This document shows, one piece after another, positions 36,147 to 46,532 of a DNA stretch of 64,000 nucleotides. The DNA is from Beijerinckiaceae bacterium (GTDB lineage Bacteria > Pseudomonadota > Alphaproteobacteria > Rhizobiales > Beijerinckiaceae), in NCBI GenBank assembly GCA_965276595.1, contig CBDIBA010000002.1:2802-66801 (forward strand). Direction: 5' to 3'. Position 1 is the stretch's first letter. Every line of letters starts with the position of its first letter. The notes under the pieces were generated by a model. It saw only the letters and a list, made by a program, of their open reading frames with translations, did no database searches and had not been told where the DNA came from. The position numbers and the translations under genes were made by a program.

Positions 36147-36815
36147 CTAACAGCACTCGTCCAGCAGTTCGGCGAGGCCTGTCAGCGTCCGCGCGGGCGC
36201 AAGATCGAAATATTCGTCTGGCAGACCGGTCCGGTTGATCCACACGCCGCGAAACCCCGCGCGAACCGCGCCCGCGATGTCCCAGCGGTTCGACGACTGG
36301 AAGGAGACGTCGCTCGCCGCCACGCCCAGGCGCCGCGCAACGAGCGCGTAGGCCGACGGCGCCGTCTTGAAGGCGCCGATCTCGTCGATCGAGAGGCAGG
36401 CGTCGAGAACGCCGTCGAGACCCGCCGAGGCGGTGGCGCTAGCAAGCATGTCGGGCGTCCCGTTCGAGAGGATGGCGACCCCAGCCCCTGCGTCCTTCAG
36501 CGCGCGCAGGGTCGGCCGCGCATCCGGGAACGCGTCGAGCGTGTCGTAGGCGGCGAGCAGAGCCGCACGGGTTTGCGGCGACAGGCCGCCGCATTGCGCG
36601 CTCGCGTAATCGAGCGACAGCGCGGTGAGGTCGCGGAAGTCGCGGTAGGCGCCCATCAGGGTGCGGGTCCAGGTGTATTCAAGCTGCTTCAGGCGCCAGA
36701 TCTCGGACAGGCGGTCCGCGTGCGGCCCGATGGCGTCGCGATGCCGCGCCACGGCCGAATGCACGTCGAACAGCGTGCCGTAGGCGTCGAAGACGTAGGC
36801 GCGGTAGACAGCCAT
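36147..36815 (-). CDS. Haloacid dehalogenase type II
   Basis: VFDAYGTLFDV, WRLKQLEY, ILSNG, FKTAP, QSSNRWDIAGA. Confidence 0.92.
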   Translation of the reverse strand: MAVYRAYVFDAYGTLFDVHSAVARHRDAIGPHADRLSEIWRLKQLEYTWTRTLMGAYRDFRDLTALSLDYASAQCGGLSPQTRAALLAAYDTLDAFPDARPTLRALKDAGAGVAILSNGTPDMLASATASAGLDGVLDACLSIDEIGAFKTAPSAYALVARRLGVAASDVSFQSSNRWDIAGAVRAGFRGVWINRTGLPDEYFDLAPARTLTGLAELLDECC

Positions 36816-36839
36816 GGCGCTCTCCCGGCGCGCCTGGCC

Positions 36840-38375
36840 TCACGCGCGGCGCGGCCGCGCGAGCCGAACGCCCAGCGCGCGCAGCGCGACGGCCAGCGCC
36901 GCAGCATAGACGATCGCGCCGGCGGCGCCGAGAAGAACGAGCCCGACCTCCGCGCGCAGCACGCCGATGGCGTCGGCGGCGGCCATCGCGGGCGCCCGGC
37001 CCGCCAGCGCGACGAAGGCCAGCGCGACGCAGGCGATGGCGACCGCGGCGCAGACGCGCCACAAGGTCGGGTCGGGCCGCATCAGCTTGCGGCGCAGCGC
37101 CAGCGCCACGAGGACGACGACGTTGATCCACGCGCCGACGGCGGTCGCCATGGCGAGGCCCGGCGCGCCGAACGGCTTGTAGAGCGCGACCTTCAGCGCG
37201 ACGTTCAACGCCACGGCGGCGAGCGAGACCAGCATCGGCGTGCGCGTGTCGCCTTTCGATTGGAAGCTCGCGCGCGCCGAGGCGATGAGCACGATCGCCA
37301 TCAGCCCCACGCCATAGGCGGCGAGCACCGCGGCGGAGGATTCGGCGGCGGCCTCGGTGAAGCGGCCGCGGAGGAATACGCCGCGCATGATGTCGAGCGG
37401 GATCGTGAGGAACGCCACGAAGAACGGCGCGCCGAGCGCGATGGTGAGCGCCATGGTGCGGTTCTGCGCATGAAAGGCCGCGCCGTCGTCGCCCGCCGCG
37501 AAGCGCCGGCTCATCTCGGGCAGCAGCACGGAGCCGGCCGCGATGCCGATGACGCCGATGGGAAGCTGATAGATGCGGTCCGCATAGTAGATCGAGGACA
37601 CCGCGCCGGTCGGCAACAGGGACGCGATGATCGTGTCGGCGAAGAGCGCGATCTGGAACCCGGCCGAGCCGATGACGGCGGGCGCCAGCGCCGCGAAGAA
37701 TTGCCTTGTGTCGCGCGTCCAGCGCGGCCGCGTGAGCCCGCCGAAGGCCCGCGCGCGCTTCGCCGCGATGACGATGAAGACGAGTTGCGCCGCGCCCGAC
37801 AGCGTGACGGCGACGGCGGACGCGTAGGCCGCGTCGGGAAAAAGATAGGCGAGCGGCAGGACGACGATCATCGCGAGGTTCAGCAGAACGGGCGCGAAAG
37901 CGCCGGCGGCGAAGCGGCGATGCGCATTGAGCGCGCCCGTGTGCAGCGTGACGAGGGTGACGAACAGAAGATAGGGGAACGTGATGCGCGTCAGCGAGAC
38001 GGCGAGCGCGAACTTCGTCGGGTCGTCTTCGAAGCCCGGCGCCAGAAGCCGCACCAGCTCCGGGGTGAAGGCGAGCGCGAGCGCGAGCACGACGATCTGC
38101 GACAGCGCGAGCAGCGTCAGCACCTGGCCCGAGAAGGTCCGCGCCTCATCGCCGCCTTGCGCTTCGAGCACCCGCGAATAGGTCGGCACGAAGGCGGCGT
38201 TGAAGGCGCCTTCGGCGAAGATCGCGCGGAAGTGGTTGGGCAGGCGGAAGGCGACATAGAAGGCGTCGGCGAGCAGGCCGGCGCCGAGGACCGCGCCGAG
38301 CATGACGTCGCGCAAGAAGCCGGTCGCGCGCGACAGCAGCGTCAGGGTCGCCACCGAAAAGAGATTGCGATACAT
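36840..38375 (-). CDS. murJ: Lipid II flippase MurJ/MviN
   Basis: LLSRATGFLRD, AFRLPNHFR.IFAEGAF..AFVP, YYADRIYQLPIG. Confidence 0.95.
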   Translation of the reverse strand: MYRNLFSVATLTLLSRATGFLRDVMLGAVLGAGLLADAFYVAFRLPNHFRAIFAEGAFNAAFVPTYSRVLEAQGGDEARTFSGQVLTLLALSQIVVLALALAFTPELVRLLAPGFEDDPTKFALAVSLTRITFPYLLFVTLVTLHTGALNAHRRFAAGAFAPVLLNLAMIVVLPLAYLFPDAAYASAVAVTLSGAAQLVFIVIAAKRARAFGGLTRPRWTRDTRQFFAALAPAVIGSAGFQIALFADTIIASLLPTGAVSSIYYADRIYQLPIGVIGIAAGSVLLPEMSRRFAAGDDGAAFHAQNRTMALTIALGAPFFVAFLTIPLDIMRGVFLRGRFTEAAAESSAAVLAAYGVGLMAIVLIASARASFQSKGDTRTPMLVSLAAVALNVALKVALYKPFGAPGLAMATAVGAWINVVVLVALALRRKLMRPDPTLWRVCAAVAIACVALAFVALAGRAPAMAAADAIGVLRAEVGLVLLGAAGAIVYAAALAVALRALGVRLARPRRA

Positions 38376-38381
38376 CGCCGA

Positions 38382-39398
38382 TCAGATCCGCCGCGATTGC
38401 GACCGGGGCGTGGGGTCGAGCGGCGCCTGCGCGTCGGCGCCGATGCGCTCGCCGATGAGATAGAGCGGGCGGCGTTTCACTTCGGCGAAGATGCGGCCGA
38501 TATATTCTCCGAGCACGCCGAGCGAGAGCAGCTGAACGCCGCCGAGGAACATCACCGAGACGATGAGCGAGGCGAAGCCGGGCGTGTCGACGCCGTAGAT
38601 GACCGTCTCCAGCACGAACCGCAGCGCGGTGAGGATCGCGATCAGCGAGACCGCGGTGCCGATATAGGTCCACACCATCAGCGGCATGGTCGAGAAGGAC
38701 ATCAGCCCGTCGAGCGCGAAGCGCGTCAGCTTGCGGTAGCTGAACTTCGACTGGCCCGCGGCGCGCTCGGCGACGGCGAAGGGCACGCCCGTCGATTTGA
38801 AGCCGATCCAGGCGTAGAGGCCTTTCGAGAAGCGGGCGCGCTCCGGCATTGAACGCAGCGCCAGCACGGCGGCGCGATCGAGAAGGCGGAAGTCGCCGGC
38901 GCCTTCCGGCAGCGACGTTTCGCCGAGCGCCGCGAACGTCTTGTAGAAACGCCGCGTGAACATCCGGCGCAACGCGCTGTCCGTCGAGCGGTCGATGCGC
39001 TGGCCGTAGACGTTCTTATAGCCTTCGCGCCATTTCGCGACGAACGTCTCGATGGTTTCCGGCGGGTGCTGCAGGTCGGCGTCCATGATGACGACCGCCG
39101 CGCCGTCGGCGTGGTCGAGACCGGCGGCGATCGCGATCTCCTTGCCGAAGTTGCGCGAGAACGACAGCGCGACCGCGCGGGGATCGGCGGCGTTGATCGC
39201 GCGCAGCGCGGCGAGCGTGGCGTCGCGCGAGCCGTCGTCGACGAAGATGATCTCGTGGGTGGCGACGAGGCGCTCGAGCAGCGGCGTCAGCCGCGCGACC
39301 AAGGGCGCGACGTTCTCCGCTTCGTTGTAGACGGGAACGATCACGCTCAGTTCGACTGACGGCTGGGCGTGCGCCGCAACCCCTTCCATCGCGTTCAT
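38382..39398 (-). CDS. Glycosyltransferase family 2 (GtrB/ArnC-like, polyprenol-phosphate type)
   Basis: IVPVYNEAEN, VDDGSRD, SRNFGKE, MDADLQHPP, two C-terminal TMs, GEYIGRIF.EVK.RP. Confidence 0.92.
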   Translation of the reverse strand: MNAMEGVAAHAQPSVELSVIVPVYNEAENVAPLVARLTPLLERLVATHEIIFVDDGSRDATLAALRAINAADPRAVALSFSRNFGKEIAIAAGLDHADGAAVVIMDADLQHPPETIETFVAKWREGYKNVYGQRIDRSTDSALRRMFTRRFYKTFAALGETSLPEGAGDFRLLDRAAVLALRSMPERARFSKGLYAWIGFKSTGVPFAVAERAAGQSKFSYRKLTRFALDGLMSFSTMPLMVWTYIGTAVSLIAILTALRFVLETVIYGVDTPGFASLIVSVMFLGGVQLLSLGVLGEYIGRIFAEVKRRPLYLIGERIGADAQAPLDPTPRSQSRRI

Positions 39399-39480
39399 GC
39401 GATCGGACCTCCAGCGTCGGCGTCGCCGACGCCGCCCTGCCTAGGCAAGCGCGCGCGGGAACGCAACCATGACGATCCGT

Positions 39481-41088
39481 TTACGCCGCCTCGCGGATGA
39501 GGTCGGCGGCCTTCTCGCCGATCATCAGCACGCAGGCGTTGATGTGCGCCGAAACGAGGTCGGGCATGGCGGACGCATCGACGACGCGCAGGCCGTCGAT
39601 CCCGCGCAGCCGCAGCGAGGCGTCGAGCGGCGACAGCGCATCCTCGCCCATGCGGCACGTGCTGCTCGGATGATGCGCGGTCAGCGCGGTGCGGCGGATC
39701 ATCGCCTCGATCTCCGCATCGGTGCGGCACGCCGGGCCGGGCGAGACCTCCGCGGCGCGGTAGGGCGCCATCGCCGGCTGCTCGCCGACCTCGCGCGCCG
39801 CCTTGAAGCCGGCGACGAGACGCGGCATGTCCGGCGGCGCCGAAAAGAAATTGTAGCAGATGCGCGGCGGGTCGCGCGGATCGGCCGAGCGCAGCAGGAT
39901 TTCGCCGCGGCTTTCGGGGTGCAGCAGCGTCGGGCGGATGCCGTAGGCGTCCTGATAGGCTTTCACGATCCCCGGAAACCACAGGCCCGTCTGGGGGGGC
40001 ACCGTGTGGAACATGAACTCGATGTCGGGCACCGCGACGCTCTTGTCGATCTTGACGAAGGCGTGCAGGCCGCCGGGAACCACCGTCGCCGGTCCCGAGC
40101 CGAAGGCGTAGGCGCGCAGCATGCTGAGCGCGATGCGGTCGAACCGCATTTCCTTGTGGAAGCGGCCGGGCGACTTGCGAGTCCAGGTGATCCAGACGCC
40201 GAGATGGTCCTGCAGATGCTTGCCGACGCCCGGCGCATCGAGCACCGGCGCGACGCCCATCGCCTTGAGATGGTCGGCCGGCCCGATGCCCGACAGCATC
40301 AGAAGATGCGGCGTGTTGAACGAGCCGGCCGACACGATGACCTCGCGCTCGGCGCGGACCGTCGACACGACCGAGTCCTTGACGTAGTCGACGCCGGTCG
40401 CCCGCTTGTTCTGCGTCGCGACTTTGAGCGCATGGGCGCGCGTCTCGATCGTCAGGTTGCGGCGGCCGCGGATCGGCCGCAGATAGGCGCGCGCCGAAGA
40501 CGAGCGCCGGCCGTCGCGGATCGTGAACTGGCCGCGGCCAAACCCCTCCTGCTGCTGCGCGTTGTAGTCGGGCGTCACGGGAAAGCCGGCTTGCTCGCCG
40601 GCCTGCGACCAGGCGTCGAAGATCGTGTCGGGCGTCTTGGCGAATTGCGTGCCGACGGGTCCGTCGCCGCCGCGGAACTGGTCCATGCCGGCCTCGAACG
40701 TCTCGCCGCGCCGAAAGTAGGGCAGTACGTCGCCATAGGACCAGTTCTTCGCGCCGTTGCGCGCCCAGCGGTCGAAATCGCCGGGGTTGCCGCGCGTATA
40801 AGCCATCACGTTGACGGAGGAACTGCCGCCCATGACCTTGCCGCGCATCGCTTCGAGACGCCGCCCGTCAAGACCGGTCTCGGGCTCGGTTTCGTAGCCC
40901 CAGTCATGCAGCCGGTATTGATGCATCTTGCCCATGCCGAGCGGGATCGAAATGAGCGGGTCGACGTCGCGGCCGCCCGCTTCGAGCAGCAGCACGCTGA
41001 CGCCGGGGTCTTCCGACAGGCGCGCGGCGAGCACGCAACCTGCCGATCCTGCGCCGACGATCACGTAGTCATAGGCCCGCGCGCTCAT
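39481..41088 (-). CDS. GMC oxidoreductase (choline dehydrogenase-like family)
   Basis: VIVGAGSAG, RGKVMGGSSSVN, HLQDH, HHPSSTCRMG, VVDASAMP. Confidence 0.93.
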   Translation of the reverse strand: MSARAYDYVIVGAGSAGCVLAARLSEDPGVSVLLLEAGGRDVDPLISIPLGMGKMHQYRLHDWGYETEPETGLDGRRLEAMRGKVMGGSSSVNVMAYTRGNPGDFDRWARNGAKNWSYGDVLPYFRRGETFEAGMDQFRGGDGPVGTQFAKTPDTIFDAWSQAGEQAGFPVTPDYNAQQQEGFGRGQFTIRDGRRSSSARAYLRPIRGRRNLTIETRAHALKVATQNKRATGVDYVKDSVVSTVRAEREVIVSAGSFNTPHLLMLSGIGPADHLKAMGVAPVLDAPGVGKHLQDHLGVWITWTRKSPGRFHKEMRFDRIALSMLRAYAFGSGPATVVPGGLHAFVKIDKSVAVPDIEFMFHTVPPQTGLWFPGIVKAYQDAYGIRPTLLHPESRGEILLRSADPRDPPRICYNFFSAPPDMPRLVAGFKAAREVGEQPAMAPYRAAEVSPGPACRTDAEIEAMIRRTALTAHHPSSTCRMGEDALSPLDASLRLRGIDGLRVVDASAMPDLVSAHINACVLMIGEKAADLIREAA

Positions 41089-41209
41089 CCCGTTACGCCC
41101 TTTCCATCGCGCGATGCGCCGCGCCTCGCGCAATTTGACAACCCCTAGGCCCGCTGGCAACCTCGCGCGACAACAACGCGACAGAAGTCGAGGCGAGGGG
41201 AAGCGACCG

Positions 41210-42517
41210 ATGAGCGCGACGGAATTGCCTCGTGCGGGCGAGGCGGCCCCCTCTCAGACGATCGTGGCGAGCAGCGTGCGATGGACGCATATCGCGCCGA
41301 CGCTGCTCATCATCTGGATCATCTCCATGTTCGACAAGGCGAACATGGCGATCGTGCAGAACAACCCATCGTTCCTCGACGAATTCGGTCTCGTCGGCCA
41401 GCAGGCGAGGATCGGCTGGATCACGACGGCGATGTTCCTGGCCTACGGTCTGTGCGCGCCGTTCTGGGGCTATCTCGTCGACCGCATCGGCGCCCGCAGG
41501 ACCGCGGCGCTCAGTCTGCTCGTGTGGGCCGCGACCTGCTTCTGGTCCGGTCTTGCGGGAAGCTACGGCGCGCTCGTGTGGTCGCGCGTCATTCTCGGGT
41601 TCGGCGAGGCCGCGCTCTATCCCTGCACCCTGGCGTTGGTGGCGCGCTGGTTCGCGCTGCGGGAGCGCGGCCGCGCGACATCGTTCTGGTGGATCGGCAC
41701 GATGATCGGCCCAATGTTGATGGGCCTCGTCGTGACCTACCTCATTCTGCAATTCGGCTGGCGCGGACAGTTCTTCGCGCTGGGCGCGCTGGCGCTCATC
41801 CTGCCGTTGCCCATGGTCTGGTTCCTGGTGCGCGACACGCCGCGGCAGCATCGCGCGGTCGATGCGACCGAAGCCGATTTCGTCGCCGCCGGCGCCTTGG
41901 CGCAAAACACCGATGCGCCCGGCCGCGCCATCAAGGCGGCCGGATCGGCCTGGGCGCGCAACCCGCGGTTCTGGCTGGCGACCGCCGCCATCTCGTGCAA
42001 CGGCATCGAATATTGGGGCTGGTCGATCTGGCTGCCGACCTATCTGCGCACGCAGCGGGGCTTTTCCTTCGCCGTGTCGGGATACCTGACCTTCGTGATT
42101 TTCGGCTTCGCGGTCGCGACGATCCTGATCGTCGGCCATGTCTCCGATCGCATCTTCCGCCGCGCCCCGCTCGCCGGCGCGGGCTGGTTCGTCTCGGCGA
42201 TCTTCCTGATGGCCTCCGCGCTCGCGCCCAGCCCTCTGTGGAGCGTGATCTTTTCCATTTGCGCCCTCTGCGCGCAACAGGTCGGCATCGCCTGCGCCGA
42301 AATGCTGGTGCATTCGATCTGCCCGGAAGACAACATGGGCGCCTCGCAAGGCGTGCGCGCCTTCGTGGTTCTCACCATCGGCGCCTTGTCGCCGCTGATG
42401 ATGGGCGCCATCCTGCAGGCGTCCGGCAACAATTACGTCATGGCGTTCGGCGTCCTCGCCGCGGCGGTGATCGTCTCGGCCGGGTGCATGGTGCGGCTTG
42501 CGCGCGAAGGATTCTGA
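41210..42517 (+). CDS. MFS transporter (anion:cation symporter-like)
   Basis: About 12 TM segments, GYLVDRIGAR, GFGEAALYP, WFALRERGRA. Confidence 0.9.
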   Translation: MSATELPRAGEAAPSQTIVASSVRWTHIAPTLLIIWIISMFDKANMAIVQNNPSFLDEFGLVGQQARIGWITTAMFLAYGLCAPFWGYLVDRIGARRTAALSLLVWAATCFWSGLAGSYGALVWSRVILGFGEAALYPCTLALVARWFALRERGRATSFWWIGTMIGPMLMGLVVTYLILQFGWRGQFFALGALALILPLPMVWFLVRDTPRQHRAVDATEADFVAAGALAQNTDAPGRAIKAAGSAWARNPRFWLATAAISCNGIEYWGWSIWLPTYLRTQRGFSFAVSGYLTFVIFGFAVATILIVGHVSDRIFRRAPLAGAGWFVSAIFLMASALAPSPLWSVIFSICALCAQQVGIACAEMLVHSICPEDNMGASQGVRAFVVLTIGALSPLMMGAILQASGNNYVMAFGVLAAAVIVSAGCMVRLAREGF

Positions 42518-42536
42518 CGATCGTGGAGACGCGCCG

Positions 42537-43358
42537 ATGACGCCATCGTTCAAGGTCGGCGACCTCGAGATCAAAGGCTACAGCGACGGCATCCTCAAAA
42601 CGTCGCTCGATCTGATCGTCAACATGGATCGCGCGACCTCGGAGGCGCTCGTGGGCGGGACGGACGGCGGCTCGCTGTTCATCCCCGTCAACAACTTCCT
42701 CTTTCGGCGCGACGGCAAAACGATCCTGATCGACGCGGGCGCCGGAAACACCATGCAGGCGACGCTCGGCAAGTTGCCCGATAACTTGCGCGCCGGCGGG
42801 ATCGAGCCCGCCGCCGTCGACTGCATTCTGTTGACGCATATCCATCCCGACCACGCCAACGGTCTCGTCGACGATCATGGCGAGGCGGTCTACCCGAACG
42901 CCGAAATCCTCGTGCACGAAAAGGAACACGACTTCTGGATGGCCGAAGGCGACCCGACCGAGCCCGAGGCCGTCAAACGCAGCCGCGCGCGCAACAAGAT
43001 CAACATGAAACCGTATCGCGAACGCACGCGGCGCATGCGCGACGGCGAGGAGGCGCTCGGCTGCGCGCCGATTCTCGCCGCCGGGCACACGCCGGGCCAT
43101 ACGTGCTGGCGCATCGGCTCGGGGCGCGAGGCGTTCCTCGCCTGGGGCGACATCGTGCATCTCTCGGCCGTCCAGATCTCGCATCCCGATACGGCGCTCG
43201 TCTACGACATCGACCCGGATGAAGCGCGTCGCTCGCGCCATCGTATTCTCGACATGATGGCGAACGAGCGGATCATCGTCGCCGGCGCGCATGTCAACGC
43301 GCCGGGTTTCGGGCGCATCGTCCGCAAGGGCGGCTCGTACGCGTTCGAGGCCGCCTGA
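42537..43358 (+). CDS. MBL-fold metallo-hydrolase (methyl-parathion hydrolase/lactonase-like subfamily)
   Basis: LIDAG, THIHPDHANGL, GHTPGH, WGDIVH, AHV. Confidence 0.9.
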   Translation: MTPSFKVGDLEIKGYSDGILKTSLDLIVNMDRATSEALVGGTDGGSLFIPVNNFLFRRDGKTILIDAGAGNTMQATLGKLPDNLRAGGIEPAAVDCILLTHIHPDHANGLVDDHGEAVYPNAEILVHEKEHDFWMAEGDPTEPEAVKRSRARNKINMKPYRERTRRMRDGEEALGCAPILAAGHTPGHTCWRIGSGREAFLAWGDIVHLSAVQISHPDTALVYDIDPDEARRSRHRILDMMANERIIVAGAHVNAPGFGRIVRKGGSYAFEAA

Positions 43359-43398
43359 ACGGGCTGACGGGGCCGCGCGCGCCGTGCTATGGCGGCCC

Positions 43399-44241
43399 GT
43401 GCCCGCGACGACGATCATGCTTTGCGCCGACGATTACGCGCTGTCGCCAGGCGTCAGCCGCGGCATCCTCGAAGCGCTCGACGCCCGGCGGCTGACCGCC
43501 ACGAGCGCGATGGCCAATCGTCCGTCTTGGGGCGACGCCGCGCGCGATCTCGCGCCCTTCGGCGACATCGCGGACATCGGGCTTCATCTCACGCTGACCG
43601 CCGGCGGGCCGCTCGGCGCCATGCCGTCCTTCGCGCCCTCGGGCGGCTTTCCTTCGCTTGGCGCGCTCGTGCGCCGCGCCGTGTCGGGGCGCCTGCCGGA
43701 AGCGGAGGTCCGCGCGGAGATCGCGCGCCAGTTGGACGCCTTCGAGAACGCCATGGGGCGGCCGCCGGATTTCGTCGACGGCCATCAGCATGTGCAGATT
43801 CTGCCGGGGGTGCGCCGTTGGCTTCTGGAGGAACTCGCGCGGCGCGGGCTCGCGGGCGCAACCTGGCTGCGCGACAGCGCCGATCGGCCGGGCGCGATCC
43901 TCGCCCGCAAAGTCGAGGCGGTGAAAGCGCTTCAGGTCGCGTCGCTGGCGGCGGGGTTCGCGGCGTCGGCCCGGAAGGCCGGCTTTGCGGTCAACCGCGG
44001 CTTCTCCGGCTTTTCCGCGTTCGATCCGTCGCGATCCGTCGCGGAGGACTTCGGCCGCGCTCTCGTTTCGCCCGGCGGCCGCCACCTCGTCATGTGCCAT
44101 CCGGGCTACGTCGACGCGGCCCTGAAAGAGGTCGACGACGTGACGGTCACGCGCGAACGCGAACTCGCCTTCCTCCTGTCGCCGGATTTCCACGCGCTTC
44201 TCGCCGCGCACGGCGTCGCGCTCGCCCGCTGGCGGCGATAG
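43399..44241 (+). CDS. ChbG/HpnK (YdjC) family deacetylase
   Basis: LCADDY, GLHLTLT, DGHQHV, MCHPG, RELAFL. Start uncertain (43399 GTG or 43417 ATG). Confidence 0.9.
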   Translation: MPATTIMLCADDYALSPGVSRGILEALDARRLTATSAMANRPSWGDAARDLAPFGDIADIGLHLTLTAGGPLGAMPSFAPSGGFPSLGALVRRAVSGRLPEAEVRAEIARQLDAFENAMGRPPDFVDGHQHVQILPGVRRWLLEELARRGLAGATWLRDSADRPGAILARKVEAVKALQVASLAAGFAASARKAGFAVNRGFSGFSAFDPSRSVAEDFGRALVSPGGRHLVMCHPGYVDAALKEVDDVTVTRERELAFLLSPDFHALLAAHGVALARWRR

Positions 44242-44243
44242 GC

Positions 44244-44259
44244 TTAACCGGTCCTTAAC
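44244..44259 (+). promoter_or_regulatory. CtrA box (TTAA-N7-TTAAC)
   Basis: ttaaccggtccttaac is a perfect consensus upstream of the MCP gene. Confidence 0.75.
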
Positions 44260-44332
44260 GGCGCCGGGCGAGTATGGCTTGCGCTTGATGGCGGCTGCCG
44301 GCCGCCGGGCGCGCCATGAACGCGAGCCGCCG

Positions 44333-45637
44333 ATGCGCATCAGCAAATCCATGGCCCTGGCGCGTCCAGCGGCCGGTCGCGCGCCGAAGGAAGCGGACCG
44401 CCGGGCCTCGCTGCGCACCGTGATCGTGCTGAAAGCCACGATGGTCGTCGGCGCCGTCGTCGCCTCGCTGTTCGCGGCCATTCTGCTCGGCCGCGGCGCC
44501 ACGTCGATCGCCGAGGTCGGCTGGTCGATTCTGATGTGCGCGCTCATCGTCGGCAGCGTGGCCGCCGTCATGCGCCTCATCCTGATGCGCGTCACCGCGC
44601 CGATCGAAGACTTGACGACGAGCATGTTGAAGCTCGCGGAGGGCGATCTCTCCACTGACGTGCCGGCGCTCGACCGCGCCGACGAAATCGGAGCGATGGC
44701 GGGCGCCGTGCAGCATTTCAAGGATGGCTTGACGGAACGCCTGCGATTGCAGGACGAAGTCGCCTCGCGCGTGGCGAGCGCCTCGGATCGGCAAAAGAAC
44801 GTCGACGCGCTGATCCACGACTTTCGCCACACCGTCAGCGGCGCCTTGCGCAAGGTCGCCGATCACACCGACCAGATGACGGCCGCGGCCGACAACCTTT
44901 CGTCGATCGCCGCCGACAGCGCGCGCCGCTCGCGCGCCGCGGCGGGCGCGACGGCGGAGGCCTCGAGCAACGTCAGGGGCGTCGCCAACGCCGCCGAGGA
45001 ACTTTCGGCCTCGATCGGCGAGATCGAGCATCAGGTCATCCGCACGCGATCCGTCGTGGTCGAGGCGGCGCGCACCACGACGAGCACGACGCAGACGATC
45101 GGCGGCCTCGCGGAGAAGGCGCAGAAGATCGGCGAGATCATCGGCCTCATTCAAGCGATCGCCGCGCAGACCAACCTGCTGGCCCTGAACGCCACGATCG
45201 AGGCGGCGCGCGCCGGCGAGGCCGGCCGCGGCTTCGCCGTCGTCGCGCAGGAGGTCAAATCCCTCGCCAACCAGACGGCGCGCGCGACCGACCGCATCGC
45301 CGAGCACGTGCAGGCGATCCAGAGCGCAACAAGCGAGGCCGTGCAGGCGATCGACTCCATCGTCACCACGATGAACCAGGCGGAAGGCTTCACCGCCGGC
45401 ATCGCCGTCGCGATCGAAGAGCAGGCGGCGGCGACGAACCAGATTTCGCGCGGCGTCGCCGACGCCGTCGCGGGCGCGGGCACGGCGGCGCAGAACATGG
45501 AAGGGCTCTCGACGATGGTGGCGCGCACCGATCAGTCCGCGACGCAGGTGCATCAGGCCGCCAACGATGTCGCCGCGCAGGCGCGTCAGCTCAACCACAC
45601 GATCGAGGCGTTTCTCGACAACGTCGCGCGCGGCTGA
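44333..45637 (+). CDS. Methyl-accepting chemotaxis protein
   Basis: Two TMs, HAMP (LAEGDL..DVP...DEIGAMA), signalling hairpin [30 protein letters not shown]. Confidence 0.95.
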   Translation: MRISKSMALARPAAGRAPKEADRRASLRTVIVLKATMVVGAVVASLFAAILLGRGATSIAEVGWSILMCALIVGSVAAVMRLILMRVTAPIEDLTTSMLKLAEGDLSTDVPALDRADEIGAMAGAVQHFKDGLTERLRLQDEVASRVASASDRQKNVDALIHDFRHTVSGALRKVADHTDQMTAAADNLSSIAADSARRSRAAAGATAEASSNVRGVANAAEELSASIGEIEHQVIRTRSVVVEAARTTTSTTQTIGGLAEKAQKIGEIIGLIQAIAAQTNLLALNATIEAARAGEAGRGFAVVAQEVKSLANQTARATDRIAEHVQAIQSATSEAVQAIDSIVTTMNQAEGFTAGIAVAIEEQAAATNQISRGVADAVAGAGTAAQNMEGLSTMVARTDQSATQVHQAANDVAAQARQLNHTIEAFLDNVARG

Positions 45638-45804
45638 TCGCGAAACGGTCTTACCAATTTAGTCGGCGCCATTTTTGTTCCGCGTTGGCGGCACAAATTT
45701 GTTCGCGCGGTTGAGGCTTTTCGTCCCGGCGTTCCGTTGCGCGCCGAATCGGATTGGCGTTAGTATCCAACGACGCTCGCCATCCCGATGTTGAGGAGAC
45801 ACGC

Positions 45805-46404
45805 ATGGAACTGACGCTGCCCCCGCTGCCCTACGCCTACGACGCGCTGCAGCCGTACATGTCGAAGGAAACGCTGGAGTTCCATCACGACAAGCACCAT
45901 CAGGCCTACGTGACGACGGGCAACACCCTGCTCAAGGACTCCGACCTGAAGGACAAGAGCCTCGAAGAGATCATCAAGGGTTCGTTCAACAAGACGCCCG
46001 CTCTGTTCAACAATGCGGCGCAGGCCTGGAACCACACCCATTTCTGGAAATGGATGAAGCCGAACGGCGGCGGCAAGATTCCCGGCAAGCTCGAAAAGGC
46101 GCTGACGGACTCCTTCGGCTCGCTCGACAAGATGAAGGAAGAGTTCATCCAGGCGGGCGTGACGCAATTCGGCTCGGGCTGGAGTTGGCTCGTCGTGAAG
46201 GACGGCAAGATCGCCGTCGCCAAGACGCCGAACGGCGAGAATCCGCTGGTGCATGGCGGAACGGCGATTCTCGGCAACGACGTGTGGGAGCACAGCTACT
46301 ACATCGACTACCGCAACCGGCGCCCCGATTATTGCAAGGCCTTCATCGAGAACCTCGTCAATTGGGATTACGTGTCTGAACTTTACGACGCCGCGGCCAA
46401 GTAA
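45805..46404 (+). CDS. sodB: Superoxide dismutase, Fe-type signature
   Basis: HHDKHH..YV, FNNAAQAWNH, FGSGW.WL, DVWEHSYY. Confidence 0.95.
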   Translation: MELTLPPLPYAYDALQPYMSKETLEFHHDKHHQAYVTTGNTLLKDSDLKDKSLEEIIKGSFNKTPALFNNAAQAWNHTHFWKWMKPNGGGKIPGKLEKALTDSFGSLDKMKEEFIQAGVTQFGSGWSWLVVKDGKIAVAKTPNGENPLVHGGTAILGNDVWEHSYYIDYRNRRPDYCKAFIENLVNWDYVSELYDAAAK

Positions 46405-46427
46405 GCCTCGCAGTCTACACGGCAAAG

Positions 46428-46458
46428 ACCACGGCGTCGTCGCGACGCCGTGGTTTTT
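46428..46458 (+). terminator. Rho-independent terminator after sodB
   Basis: accacggcgtcg-tcg-cgacgccgtggt followed by a T run. Confidence 0.85.
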
Positions 46459-46532
46459 CATTCGTCGACGCGCTTGGACTGGTCTAAGAGCGGCGGCAAG
46501 ACCGGCGAACGTGAAGGCCGGCGGAAAGCGGC

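Noticed and set aside
39469-39490. atgacgatccgtttacgccg loosely resembling the chbG start (acgatcatgctttgcgccg near 43411)
   Set aside because: Similarity is too weak and gapped to support a fourth stub. A comparative alignment would be needed.
45680-45705. Sigma-54-like ggcac...ttg upstream of sodB
   Set aside because: Spacing is wrong and the -12 GC is absent.
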